Shown: positions 9,560-19,339 of the stretch, piece by piece | How positions within the stretch are numbered: position 1 is the first letter of the stretch | Layout of the letters: each line of letters opens with the position of its first letter | NCBI GenBank assembly: GCA_035438885.1 | Contig: DAORJC010000001.1 | Coordinates: 1-62,391 of the forward strand | Length of the DNA stretch: 62,391 nt | Direction: 5' to 3' | DNA from: Aquabacterium sp. | GTDB taxonomy: Bacteria; Pseudomonadota; Gammaproteobacteria; Burkholderiales; Burkholderiaceae_C | Position numbers and translations under genes: made by a program | The notes under the pieces: model-generated | Told to the model about the DNA's origin: nothing | Databases searched by the model: none | What the model saw: only the letters and a program-made list of their open reading frames with translations

Positions 9560-10579
9560 GTGAACTGGCTGCGTGCTTTCACGGCCAAGCCTTACCCCCC
9601 TCGTGAAGCCTGGGGGGTGGTGTGGCGCAACCTGGCGGGGGCCAGCTTCGCCAATCCGGCTGGTTTGCGTTTTGCCCCCCGCACCTGCACCCTCAACGAC
9701 ATCACCCCGGTCATGACCCTGGGTTTTGGGGGGGATGTGATGTCCATGTTTGGCCGCCAGCTTCATGTGAATGACTCGGTCCGCCTGTTTTTTCAGGACT
9801 GCGACCATGTCGTGCTGAACTTTGAAGGCGTGATCAGCGACCAGCGTCAGATCTCGCCCGATCAGAAGCACACCCGCCCCATCCTGGACGCCTTGTGCCA
9901 GATGGCGCCAAGGGAGCGCCTGCTGCTGTCCATGGCCAACAACCACACGGGCGATTTTGGCGAGGCTGAATGCCGCAACTGCCTGGCTTTGCTGTCCGCG
10001 GAAGGCTTTCGCCATTTTGGTTTGCTGGAGAGCCCGTTCTTTGACCTGACGCCGTCGGTGCGCGTGGTCACGGGCACGCGCTGGAGCAACCGAACCGGGC
10101 AGCACCTGAGCTGGCTGAACGACCCCACGGTACACGCCAGAACCGGGGCGCTGAACATTCTGTACCCGCATTGGGGCTATGAGCTGGAGGTCTACCCCCG
10201 CCAGCCCCTGGTCGACCAGATGACGCAATGGCTTCAGCCTTTTGACGCCGTGGTGGGCCACCACAGCCACACACCCCAGCCGATCAACACCTGGCGAGGC
10301 ACCGACGGTGTCGGCAAGCTGGCGGCCTACTCACTGGGCGACCTGTGCTTTGGAATGGCCTACAAGCGCCTGCCCACGTTCAAGAACTATGTCTGGGGCT
10401 CGGTCCTCAAGGTCAGCGTGGGGCCGTTGAGAAGCGACCCACAGCGCTGGGCCCTGGGCGAGATGAGCTGGACATTTGTGGAGTGTGTCTATCGCTCCAG
10501 AGCCGAGGGCTTCGAAGTTCGAACCGCCCCTGACTGCGACCTGTTTCAGGCCTCGGCGTTTGAATCTGAATCAGCCTGA
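9560..10579 (+). CDS. CapA/PgsA-family metallophosphoesterase
   Basis: Motifs GGDVM, NFEG, MANNHxxDFG, PHWGYE, GHHSH and YSLGD. GTG start 10 bp after the gbd stop. Confidence 0.8.
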   Translation: MNWLRAFTAKPYPPREAWGVVWRNLAGASFANPAGLRFAPRTCTLNDITPVMTLGFGGDVMSMFGRQLHVNDSVRLFFQDCDHVVLNFEGVISDQRQISPDQKHTRPILDALCQMAPRERLLLSMANNHTGDFGEAECRNCLALLSAEGFRHFGLLESPFFDLTPSVRVVTGTRWSNRTGQHLSWLNDPTVHARTGALNILYPHWGYELEVYPRQPLVDQMTQWLQPFDAVVGHHSHTPQPINTWRGTDGVGKLAAYSLGDLCFGMAYKRLPTFKNYVWGSVLKVSVGPLRSDPQRWALGEMSWTFVECVYRSRAEGFEVRTAPDCDLFQASAFESESA

Positions 10580-11895
10580 GGCCGGCTCAAGCTGCTCAGA
10601 CGGGTCACCATGACCTGGTCGATCTTGTAGCTGTCCACGTCCATCACCTCAAAGCGAAAGCCGCCGCATTCAACCGCGTCGGTGCGCCGGGGAATGCGCC
10701 GCAGCATCACCATCAAAAATCCGGCCATGGTCTCGTAGTCGCTCTGCAGAGGCAGCTCGTCCAGCGACAGCACCCGCAGCACATCGGGGATGGGCGTCAT
10801 GCCGTCGATCAGCCAGGAGTTCTCGTCGCGCTGAACGATCTGCTCCTCGTCCATGGGGGAAACCAGCTCGCCCATGACCGTGCTCATCACGTCGTTGATG
10901 GTGATGATGCCCACCACCAGGCTGTATTCATTGACGATGACGGCGATGTCCTCGTGGGCCTGCCGGAAGGCCGTGAGCACCTCGGACAAGGTCAGGCGGT
11001 CGGGCACCATCAGGACCTTGGTGATCAGCCCCTCCAGCTTGAGCGAGATGGGCTCGTTGTTGAGCAGGCGGCGCAGCAGCTGTTTGGCATCCACATAGCC
11101 CAGCACATGGTCGATGCTGCCGTCACAGACCAGGTAGGTCGAGTGCGGGTACTGGTCGATGCGCGCGCGGATCAGGACTTCGCTGTCATCCACCAGGAAG
11201 TGGATGATCTGGTCGCGACCGGTCATGGCACTGGTCACCATGCGGGTGTCCAGCTCCATCACGTTTTCGATGACCTGGTGTTCACGGCGGGCCAGCACAC
11301 CGGCCTCGGCGCGCGCCTGGGCCATGGCCAGGATGTCATCGGGGGTGACGCGGTCATCGCGCCGCGCCGGCAGCCCCAGCAGCCGAGCCAGCCCGTCGGT
11401 CAGGCGTTTGAACAGCCAGACCACGGGCCGGAACACCACCGTGAAATAGCGCATGGGCCCCACCACCCGCACGGCCACGGTCTCTGGGGCGACCATGCCC
11501 AGCCGTTTGGGCAACAGGTCAGCCAGCAGGATGAACAGGCTGGTCACCAGCAGGAACGACAGAACCGCACCCACCACCCGAGCGTTTTCGGGCGTGACCT
11601 GCAGCCAGGCGCCCGCCCAGTCCACGGCCGGCGCAAAAGCACCCTCCCCGACCAGCCCGGCCAGGATGGCCACCGTGTTCTGCCCGATCTGGATCACGGT
11701 GAAGTAATCCCCAGGCTCGTCCTGCACATCCAGAACCTGCTGCGCGCGCGCATCGCCCATGTCCAGCAACTGGCGCAGCTTGACTCGGCGGGAGGCGGCA
11801 ACCGACAACTCGGCCATGGAAAACAAGGCGCTGAGTGCGATCAGCAACGCAATGATCATCAAACTGTCAACGGAATCCATCCCGTCAGTGTGCAT
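10546..11895 (-). CDS. paeA: HlyC/CorC (CNNM-CBS-CorC) transporter, PaeA/YtfL-like
   Basis: FSMAELSVAASRRVKL, FTVIQIG and PKRLG in the TM domain, a CBS pair (VNEYSLVVGIIT) and a CorC C-terminus (YKIDQVMV). ATG overlaps the patatin stop (TGATG). Confidence 0.78.
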   Translation of the reverse strand: MHTDGMDSVDSLMIIALLIALSALFSMAELSVAASRRVKLRQLLDMGDARAQQVLDVQDEPGDYFTVIQIGQNTVAILAGLVGEGAFAPAVDWAGAWLQVTPENARVVGAVLSFLLVTSLFILLADLLPKRLGMVAPETVAVRVVGPMRYFTVVFRPVVWLFKRLTDGLARLLGLPARRDDRVTPDDILAMAQARAEAGVLARREHQVIENVMELDTRMVTSAMTGRDQIIHFLVDDSEVLIRARIDQYPHSTYLVCDGSIDHVLGYVDAKQLLRRLLNNEPISLKLEGLITKVLMVPDRLTLSEVLTAFRQAHEDIAVIVNEYSLVVGIITINDVMSTVMGELVSPMDEEQIVQRDENSWLIDGMTPIPDVLRVLSLDELPLQSDYETMAGFLMVMLRRIPRRTDAVECGGFRFEVMDVDSYKIDQVMVTRLSSLSRPQADSDSNAEA

Positions 11896-12968
11896 CAAAG
11901 TGGCTGCACCCGATCCGTGGGACAGCCGGCTTCCAGCCAGGTTTGCCACTCGACCGACAGGCGCTCGCTCTCGGCCACCGCCCGGGTCCACTCCTGCTGA
12001 CGTTGCTCGAACGTGCGTGCCGTGAAGTCCTTGCGATCGGGCAGCTTGCCGTTGGGCAGGGTGCGCACCCACTCAGGGTTGGGTGTCAGCACGATCAGGT
12101 TGTCCAGCCAGGGGGTGGGCCGATGGCGCCGTTTGAACGCCTTGTCCAGCCACCCCGGGATCACCTGACGCTGAAAGTGCGGATACAGCACCAGGCCCTG
12201 CGACATCTGGTCGTAAGACCAGTGGAAGTGATAGTCCACCAGCCCGCCATCCCAGTGCGTGCCTGGGGGCGAACCGGCAATGTCCCGCACCGGATCCAGC
12301 CAGAACGGGATGCTGCAGGACGCCTGCACGACCTTCATGAAGTTGTCGGGAGTCAGCACGACCTGGGTGGTCGGTTGATCCGTGAGGGTCAGGGGCAGCG
12401 CCTGGTCACTGGAGAACACCGTGCGCTGCAGCCAGCGGCCCACCTGGTCGCGGCTGATCGCGTTGCTCAAGGCCAGTCCCGCAAAGCCCGCCATGCTCCC
12501 CCAGCGACCTGGCGCCCGCAGGATGCCGCGCCCCCTTGAGGTGATCACGTGCAGGTGCCAGTTGGGGTGCTGCAACATGCCCGGCAGCGACGCGCCAAAG
12601 AAGTCCTGCATGGACTGGGCAAAGCCATCGCTGACCGCCTGCGCCGTGGGCCTGGAGTGCCCCGGTTCAACCGGGTAGTTCTGGGCGATGTATTCGCGGG
12701 CCAGGCGCTCGAACTGAGCCGCGGGGTCGGGCATCATGGCCGTGGCCATGCGCCAGGCGCCGATGGATGCGCCAACCAGGTGAACCTGATGCGTGGCAGG
12801 GGCCTGTGGCAACCACCGACCAAAAATGTCCTGGTCCAGGTGGTTGAGGATCAACCCCTTGGGGCCACCCGCGGCGGCCGGTATCAGGCGAATGTCGGCG
12901 GGCCCCAGGCCATGCTCGCGCAAGTGCGCGAGGGCTCTGGGCCCCGCATGGATGTGCAGAGCCTGCAT
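11895..12968 (-). CDS. Patatin-like phospholipase
   Basis: Oxyanion loop AAAGGPKG, nucleophile GASIG, ASCSIP and DGG. Confidence 0.85.
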   Translation of the reverse strand: MQALHIHAGPRALAHLREHGLGPADIRLIPAAAGGPKGLILNHLDQDIFGRWLPQAPATHQVHLVGASIGAWRMATAMMPDPAAQFERLAREYIAQNYPVEPGHSRPTAQAVSDGFAQSMQDFFGASLPGMLQHPNWHLHVITSRGRGILRAPGRWGSMAGFAGLALSNAISRDQVGRWLQRTVFSSDQALPLTLTDQPTTQVVLTPDNFMKVVQASCSIPFWLDPVRDIAGSPPGTHWDGGLVDYHFHWSYDQMSQGLVLYPHFQRQVIPGWLDKAFKRRHRPTPWLDNLIVLTPNPEWVRTLPNGKLPDRKDFTARTFEQRQQEWTRAVAESERLSVEWQTWLEAGCPTDRVQPL

Positions 12969-12996
12969 GGATGCGAGAGGGGCAGGAGATTGAAGG

Positions 12997-13791
12997 TCAG
13001 GCCGCGCGCAAAAGAGTCACTTCGCCACGATGCAGATCGTACAACCTTCGGACCCAGGCCAGAGCCGGGCGGTCAGAACGCCAGTGAGCACCGGTCGGCC
13101 GCATGCAGGTGATGTAGTCGGCGGTGCCGTAGACCGGGTGCTGAGCCGGGCAGGCCAGCGGCGCCAGCATGGAGGCCGCAGCGATGTCTGCCACGCTCAG
13201 CCGATGGCCCACCAGATAAGTGCGGCCGTCGCTCAGGCGCCCTTCCAGCCAGGCCATGGCCTGCAGGATGCGTTGCTCGGAATGCAGGCCCGCTTGAGGA
13301 TTGATGCGATGGCGCTTGAGGAAAAACCACTTGATGAGCGGATAGCCGCGCTTGATCCAGCGTGCCTGAAACGGCGTGGTGCCATGCAACCAGAGGTCCA
13401 GCACCTGCGCGTCGTGCTTGAAACCGGACAGGCACATGAAACGCGCCACATCACGGGCGATGTCGTCGAATCGCCCCTCGATGGCCAGACATTCCTGGCG
13501 CAAGGACGGCACCATGGGCAAGGTGTCCAGCGGACCAAAGCGCTGGTCCAGCCACTGCAGGATGGCGGCACTGTCCTGCACATGATGGCGCTGTCCTTGG
13601 GCGGTCACTTCACGCAGGATGGGCAGCTCCGTCAGCCCCAGTCTGCCCAGGCGCAGCGCAGGCAGGATGTGCCAGACCGGCGGCAGGAGCGCCTCCCGAA
13701 AAGGCAGGTTCGCCGCGTGCATCACCCAGCGAACTTTCTCGCCGTACTGTGACAGGGCGAATGAATAAAGCGTCAATCCTGCCAGAGCCAT
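12997..13791 (-). CDS. Glutathione S-transferase family protein
   Basis: SQYGEKVRW...LPIL...QDSAAILQWLD N-domain and YLVGHRLSVADIAAASML C-domain. Confidence 0.85.
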   Translation of the reverse strand: MALAGLTLYSFALSQYGEKVRWVMHAANLPFREALLPPVWHILPALRLGRLGLTELPILREVTAQGQRHHVQDSAAILQWLDQRFGPLDTLPMVPSLRQECLAIEGRFDDIARDVARFMCLSGFKHDAQVLDLWLHGTTPFQARWIKRGYPLIKWFFLKRHRINPQAGLHSEQRILQAMAWLEGRLSDGRTYLVGHRLSVADIAAASMLAPLACPAQHPVYGTADYITCMRPTGAHWRSDRPALAWVRRLYDLHRGEVTLLRAA

Positions 13792-13935
13792 TGGGGTTCT
13801 ATTGATACACCTGTTCGAACCCGCGGAGCATACGACACCTGTCGCACAGGATTCCCTTCCGGCGTCCCTCATCAAAGGGGCTCACCCCCTTGAATGGGGC
13901 GTCCCTCCGGACGTCACCCGGTGGTCACTGGATGG

Positions 13936-16302
13936 TCAGCGCTTGGTCTGAAGTTTGGCAAACGCCGCGGCCATGCTGGAGGTGGCGGCGGGCTCGGCGG
14001 GACGCCCTCCCCCGCCGTGGCTGCGCTCACCACGGGCAGCGGGTTTGAAGCTGTTGTCCCGAGGCGCGCCGCCTTTGGGCGCCGACGCCGAATCGAGCTT
14101 CATGGTCAAGGAAATGCGCTGGCGGGACAGGTCCACCTCCAGCACCTTGACCTTGACGATGTCACCGGTCTTGACCACCTCGCGGGCATCGCTGACAAAA
14201 CGGTTGGCCAACTGGCTGACGTGGATCAGGCCGTCCTGGTGCACGCCCAGGTCCACAAAGGCGCCGAACTGGGCCACGTTGCTCACGGTGCCCTCCAGGA
14301 TCATGCCTTCCTTGAGGTCCTTGAGGTCTTCCACCCCATCGTTGAAACGCGCCACCTTGAAATCAGGGCGCGGGTCGCGGCCAGGCTTTTCCAGCTCGGC
14401 CAGGATGTCCTTGACGGTGATCACGCCAAACTTGTCATCGGCCAACAGCTCAGGCTTGAGGGTGCGCAGCACCTCGCTGCGACCGATCAACTCGGCAATG
14501 GGCTTGCCGGTGGTCTTGGCAATCTTCTCGACCACGGGGTAGGTCTCCGGGTGCACGCCCGAGACATCCAGCGGGTTGTCGCCATCACGGATGCGCAAAA
14601 AGCCGGCCGCCTGCTCGAAAGTCTTGGCGCCCAGGCCGGCCACGTCCATCAGTTGCTTGCGGTTGCGGAACGCCCCGTTGGCATCGCGCCAGCGCACGAT
14701 GCTGTTGGCCACGGCCGCACTCAGCCCCGACACGCGCGACAACAGCGGTGCCGACGCCGTGTTCAGGTCCACGCCCACGCCGTTGACGCAGTCCTCCACC
14801 ACGGCATCGAGGGTGCGGGCCATCTCGCTCTGGTTGACGTCGTGCTGGTACTGGCCCACGCCAATGCTTTTTGGGTCGATCTTGACCAGCTCGGCCAGGG
14901 GGTCCTGCAGCCGGCGGGCGATCGAGACCGCGCCACGCAGGCTGACGTCCAGCTCGGGCAGCTCCTTGCTGGCAAATTCAGAGGCCGAGTACACCGATGC
15001 GCCCGCCTCGCTGACCACCACCTTCTCGATGTGCGTGCCAGGGGCGATCTGTTGGATGCGCTTGATCAGATCAGCCGCCAGCTTGTCGGTTTCGCGACTG
15101 GCCGTGCCGTTGCCAATGGCGATCAGGTTGACACCGTGGGTGGCGCACAGGCGGCCCAGCACATGGAGCGAGCCTTCCCAGTCCTTGCGAGGCTCGTGGG
15201 GGTAGACGGTGGAGGTGTCCAGCACCTTGCCGGTGTCGCTGACCACCGCGACCTTCACGCCGGTGCGAATGCCCGGGTCCAGGCCCATGACAACCCGTTT
15301 GCCAGCGGGCGCTGCCAGCAACAGGTCACGCAGGTTCTCGGCAAAGACCTTGATGGCGGTTTTTTCGGCGTCCTCGCGCAAGCGCGAGAACAGGTCGCGC
15401 TCCAGGCTCAGGCTGAGCTTGACCTTCCAGGTCCAGGCGATGCACTTGCGGATCAGGTCGTCACAAGCGCGCTTGCCATGGCTCCAGCCCAGGTGGATGG
15501 CAATGCGGCCTTCGGCCGTGGTGGGGCGGCCGGGCACCACCTCTTCGTCCAGGACCAGTTTGGCATCCAGGATGTCCAGGCTGCGGCCACGGAACACGGC
15601 CAGCGCGCGGTGCGAAGGCACGGTGCGGATGGGCTCGTCATAGGCAAAGTAGTCACGGAACTTGGCCACGTCGGGGTTGTTTTCGTCCTTGCCGGCCATC
15701 AGCTTGGACTGGAACAGCGCTTCAGACCACAACCAGTCCCGCATCTTGCCCACCAGGGCGGCATCTTCGGCCCAGCGCTCGGACAGGATGTCCCGCACGC
15801 CGTCGAGCACGGCCAGTGCATCGGCAAAGCCGCCTTCGGCATTCACAAAAGCTGCGGCCTCGGTCTGCGGGTCCAGGGTCGGGTCGGCAAACAGCCGGTC
15901 GGCCAATGGCTCCAGGCCGGCTTCGCGAGCGATCATGCCCTTGGTGCGACGCTTTTGTTTGTAGGGCAGGTACAGGTCTTCCAGCTCTTGCTTGGTGGGC
16001 GCCAACTCAAGCGCCATGCGCAGTTCGGGCGTCAGCTTGCCTTGCTCATCGATGTTCTTGATGACGGCGGCGCGGCGGTCTTCCAACTCGCGCAGGTAGC
16101 CCAGCCGAGCCTCCAGGTCGCGCAGTTGGGTGTCGTCCAGGCCGTCGGTGGCTTCCTTGCGATAGCGCGCAATGAAAGGCACCGTGGCGCCTCCGTCCAG
16201 CAGTTGAACCGCCGCGTTGACTTGAGCGGGCCGAACCTTGAGTTCAGCCGCCAGTTGCATCAGGATCTTGTCCAAAGCTTGTGCCCCGTCAGTGAAGTGC
16301 AT
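13936..16302 (-). CDS. tex: Tex transcriptional accessory protein (YqgF, HhH, S1)
   Basis: [44 protein letters not shown] and a C-terminal S1 domain. Alternative TTG start at 16275. Confidence 0.95.
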   Translation of the reverse strand: MHFTDGAQALDKILMQLAAELKVRPAQVNAAVQLLDGGATVPFIARYRKEATDGLDDTQLRDLEARLGYLRELEDRRAAVIKNIDEQGKLTPELRMALELAPTKQELEDLYLPYKQKRRTKGMIAREAGLEPLADRLFADPTLDPQTEAAAFVNAEGGFADALAVLDGVRDILSERWAEDAALVGKMRDWLWSEALFQSKLMAGKDENNPDVAKFRDYFAYDEPIRTVPSHRALAVFRGRSLDILDAKLVLDEEVVPGRPTTAEGRIAIHLGWSHGKRACDDLIRKCIAWTWKVKLSLSLERDLFSRLREDAEKTAIKVFAENLRDLLLAAPAGKRVVMGLDPGIRTGVKVAVVSDTGKVLDTSTVYPHEPRKDWEGSLHVLGRLCATHGVNLIAIGNGTASRETDKLAADLIKRIQQIAPGTHIEKVVVSEAGASVYSASEFASKELPELDVSLRGAVSIARRLQDPLAELVKIDPKSIGVGQYQHDVNQSEMARTLDAVVEDCVNGVGVDLNTASAPLLSRVSGLSAAVANSIVRWRDANGAFRNRKQLMDVAGLGAKTFEQAAGFLRIRDGDNPLDVSGVHPETYPVVEKIAKTTGKPIAELIGRSEVLRTLKPELLADDKFGVITVKDILAELEKPGRDPRPDFKVARFNDGVEDLKDLKEGMILEGTVSNVAQFGAFVDLGVHQDGLIHVSQLANRFVSDAREVVKTGDIVKVKVLEVDLSRQRISLTMKLDSASAPKGGAPRDNSFKPAARGERSHGGGGRPAEPAATSSMAAAFAKLQTKR

Positions 16303-16383
16303 GTGACCACGTGAGGGGGCGCAGTTTGCCACGGATGAAGGACAATACGGGCTTGCAACACCGCCTGACCTGACCGCCTGACC

Positions 16384-17418
16384 ATGGCCCTGATCCCTTA
16401 CGCCCTGCCCAAATCCGTGCTGTTCAACCTGGACCCGGAGGTCGCGCACGAGTTGACCGTGGCCGCCCTGGCCCGGTTTCAGAACACCCCCCTGGCCTGC
16501 GCCTGGGGCACCACGCGGGTGGAAGACCCGGTCACCATCGCTGGGCTGACCTTTCCCAACCGGATCGGCATGGCCGCAGGCCTGGACAAGAACGGCCGCG
16601 TGATCGATGGCCTGGGCGCCATGGGATTCGGCTTTGTCGAGGTGGGCACTGTCACGCCCAAGGGCCAGCCCGGCAACCCCAAGCCCCGCATGTTCCGCCT
16701 GCCGCAGGCCGGGGCACTGATCAACCGCCTGGGTTTCAACAACGAAGGGCTGGACGCGTTCCTGAGCAACGTCAAGCAGGCTCGCTTCCGTCAGAGCGGG
16801 GGCATCCTGGGCCTGAACATCGGCAAGAACGCCGTCACGCCCATTGAAAACGCCGTCGACGACTACCTGATCTGCCTGGAGGGCGTGTACCCGCACGCCG
16901 ACTACATCACGGTCAACATCTCGTCGCCCAACACCAAGAACCTGCGCGCACTGCAAAGCGACGAGGCACTGGACGCGCTGTTGAACCAGTTGCAGGAGCG
17001 CCGCCAGGCCCTGATCAGCCGCCATGGTCGCACCGTGCCCATGTTCGTGAAGATCGCGCCTGACCTGGACGAAACACAGGTGGGCGTGATTGCCGCGACG
17101 CTGCAGAAAAACGGCATCGATGGCGTGATTGCCACCAACACGACCCTGTCACGCGACGCCGTCAGGGGCCTGCCACACGCCGAGGAAGCCGGTGGCCTGA
17201 GCGGGCGCCCGGTGTTTGAAGCCAGCAACCAGGTGATCCGCCAGTTGCGCGCGGCCCTGGGGCCACGCTTTCCCATCATCGGGGTGGGTGGCGTGATGAG
17301 CGGCGCCGATGCGCGGGCCAAGCGCGATGCAGGGGCAGACCTGGTCCAGATCTACACCGGACTGATCTATGAAGGCCCAGGGCTGGTGACCGATTGCGCC
17401 AAGGCGCTCAAGGCCTGA
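16384..17418 (+). CDS. pyrD: Quinone-dependent dihydroorotate dehydrogenase
   Basis: [31 protein letters not shown] and GGLSG. Confidence 0.97.
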   Translation: MALIPYALPKSVLFNLDPEVAHELTVAALARFQNTPLACAWGTTRVEDPVTIAGLTFPNRIGMAAGLDKNGRVIDGLGAMGFGFVEVGTVTPKGQPGNPKPRMFRLPQAGALINRLGFNNEGLDAFLSNVKQARFRQSGGILGLNIGKNAVTPIENAVDDYLICLEGVYPHADYITVNISSPNTKNLRALQSDEALDALLNQLQERRQALISRHGRTVPMFVKIAPDLDETQVGVIAATLQKNGIDGVIATNTTLSRDAVRGLPHAEEAGGLSGRPVFEASNQVIRQLRAALGPRFPIIGVGGVMSGADARAKRDAGADLVQIYTGLIYEGPGLVTDCAKALKA

Positions 17419-17439
17419 GCGCTCCATCAAGGGTCTGGC

Positions 17440-19206
17440 TCAAGCAGTGGCTGGTGCAGGGAAGGTTCTCGCCAACCAGCGGGCGTCCACAGACCCCAGT
17501 GCGCGGCGCAATGCCTCCTGCAATTCTTTCTGTGTGGTCTGCGAAGGCCGGGCGTAACGACTCACAATCTGGGACAACAGTTGCTGCTGCTGCCGTCCGG
17601 ACACGCCGACCAGGGCCCCAAGTTCATTGCTCAAGTTGGCAATGAGGCGCAACCATTCATCGGCGTTTTCAGGCCTGTGAGGTGACGACTGTCCATACGG
17701 CTTGGTTGCCTGGATGATCGAATCTCCCAGCCCCCAGTGCTTGAGCACGGCGGCAGTCAGTTCGTCGGGATTGATGCCCAGCACCGCCCCGACAGCTGCC
17801 TCATAGCTCATGCCAGGCGTGGGCTTGCCCTCGGGCTCAGGCGGTGGGCCAGGCTGCATCAGGCGGTTGATCTGGGCGGACTCTTCAGGGTAGTGATACA
17901 GCACCAGCAAACGCCCCAGGCGCTGGGACATGGCAGCCATCATGACTTCTTCGTCGCCCACGTTGAAGGGACGCAGCCACCGCGCGGTGAACGCCACCAC
18001 GCAGGCCATCTTCATTTCATGGGACAGCGCATCGATGGCCGTTGCTGCGCTGCTGGCGTCCTTGAGCGATTCGGCCGCTTTCAGCACACCTGGCCAGGTT
18101 CGAACCCCGTAACACACCCGCTGCAGGCCGGTCTGGCCCAGCAACACGATGGCGCGCCCCAGGCTGGTGACGGATTCGTCCGCACCGGCCTGATACCGGG
18201 CCGTGTTGGTCACTTTGAGCAATTCCCAGCACATGGCGGGATCACGAATCAGTTGGTCCACGATCTCGTCGACGCGCAAGGACTCGTTGGTCAGAAGACG
18301 GTGCACATCGATCATGTCGGACGCCCGGCTTGGCAGGTGTCCCACCGAGTTGAGGCGGTCCATGAACAGGGCCAGAGGGCCGGCCGACTCCTGGCTGTTG
18401 GCCTTGACCCAACCCTGGAGTGCCGCCAGCAGGGTTCGCGCGTTGAGGTACCGCTGGCGTTGCTGGCGGTCGGTCGCACGATTGACGATGGCACGCAGCG
18501 TGTCTGGCACCGGTTGCGGTGTGGTCCAGGGCAGGCGGATGATCTCCAGCCCCAGGCGACTGGCGACGTGCCCCAGATCGGCATCGTCCAGGGCGGGATG
18601 CCCTGCCAGCAAGCGATGCATCAGCAACCCGACCATGACGATGTCGCGCTCGGCGGCAACGCGTTGTTCCTGACGCGACAAGGTGTCTTCGCGCACGCCG
18701 GGCTCTTTCGCAGCCAGGCCAACGGCCAGGCCAACCAGGCTTGCACGCCCTGCGCTGTCCAGCAACACGTTGTGCAAGGCCAGGTCCTTGTGGGCCACGC
18801 CGGCATCGTGCGCATAGGCCAGGCCTTCCAGCACGTCGATCACCAGGGCCACCACCTCCATCGTGCCCAGGTGGGGCTGGCCTGGCGCCACCCGCTCGGC
18901 CAGCGTGAGGCCAGCGCCTCGATCGTGAACGGTGAAGGGCCACCCTTCATGAACACCGGTGTCAACCACAGGGGACAGACGGGGATGCTTGAGCTTGGAC
19001 GCCAGCAGCACATCCTGCGTCCAGCGCTCGCGCTCGCTCGCCCCCACCGGTTGCACCCGGGGGACGCACAGCAGCACGTCAGCCTGCAGCCGAGCGTCAA
19101 AGGCCAGCCAGGTGTTGCTGGCCAGGCTTTTGCCCACGAGCGACTTCAACTCGAAACGGCCAAAGCGTCGAGCTGGAGGAGCTGGGGTGGGCGAAGGAGT
19201 GCTCAT
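17440..19206 (-). CDS. Hanks-type Ser/Thr (pseudo)kinase domain fused to an HDOD domain
   Basis: RRFGRFEL..LKHPRL..HDAGVAHKDL kinase fold, then LPS, DPAMCWELLKVTN and SLGRAIVLLG HDOD signature. Start is uncertain. Confidence 0.8.
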   Translation of the reverse strand: MSTPSPTPAPPARRFGRFELKSLVGKSLASNTWLAFDARLQADVLLCVPRVQPVGASERERWTQDVLLASKLKHPRLSPVVDTGVHEGWPFTVHDRGAGLTLAERVAPGQPHLGTMEVVALVIDVLEGLAYAHDAGVAHKDLALHNVLLDSAGRASLVGLAVGLAAKEPGVREDTLSRQEQRVAAERDIVMVGLLMHRLLAGHPALDDADLGHVASRLGLEIIRLPWTTPQPVPDTLRAIVNRATDRQQRQRYLNARTLLAALQGWVKANSQESAGPLALFMDRLNSVGHLPSRASDMIDVHRLLTNESLRVDEIVDQLIRDPAMCWELLKVTNTARYQAGADESVTSLGRAIVLLGQTGLQRVCYGVRTWPGVLKAAESLKDASSAATAIDALSHEMKMACVVAFTARWLRPFNVGDEEVMMAAMSQRLGRLLVLYHYPEESAQINRLMQPGPPPEPEGKPTPGMSYEAAVGAVLGINPDELTAAVLKHWGLGDSIIQATKPYGQSSPHRPENADEWLRLIANLSNELGALVGVSGRQQQQLLSQIVSRYARPSQTTQKELQEALRRALGSVDARWLARTFPAPATA

Positions 19207-19339
19207 GGATGGTGATGACACAACGGGTCGATCAGACACCCCATTGAAACCTGGGAGCGCTGAGGGCAATTGATGGTCAAACCCGTCTTTCCCCGTCCAT
19301 TTTGCACACTTTGTAACAGCTTGACTGCCCCCCAAGCCA

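Noticed and set aside
16303-17025. Long N-terminal extensions of tex (also rlmE 42157-42651, tesA 53037-53372, carA 48188-48421)
   Set aside because: Open-frame run-ons into divergent genes or leaders; family homology starts at the downstream start codons.
19300-19320. Weak Pho-like half-site (CTGTTAC, minus strand) upstream of the kinase-HDOD gene
   Set aside because: The second half-site is poor and there is no correctly spaced -10.
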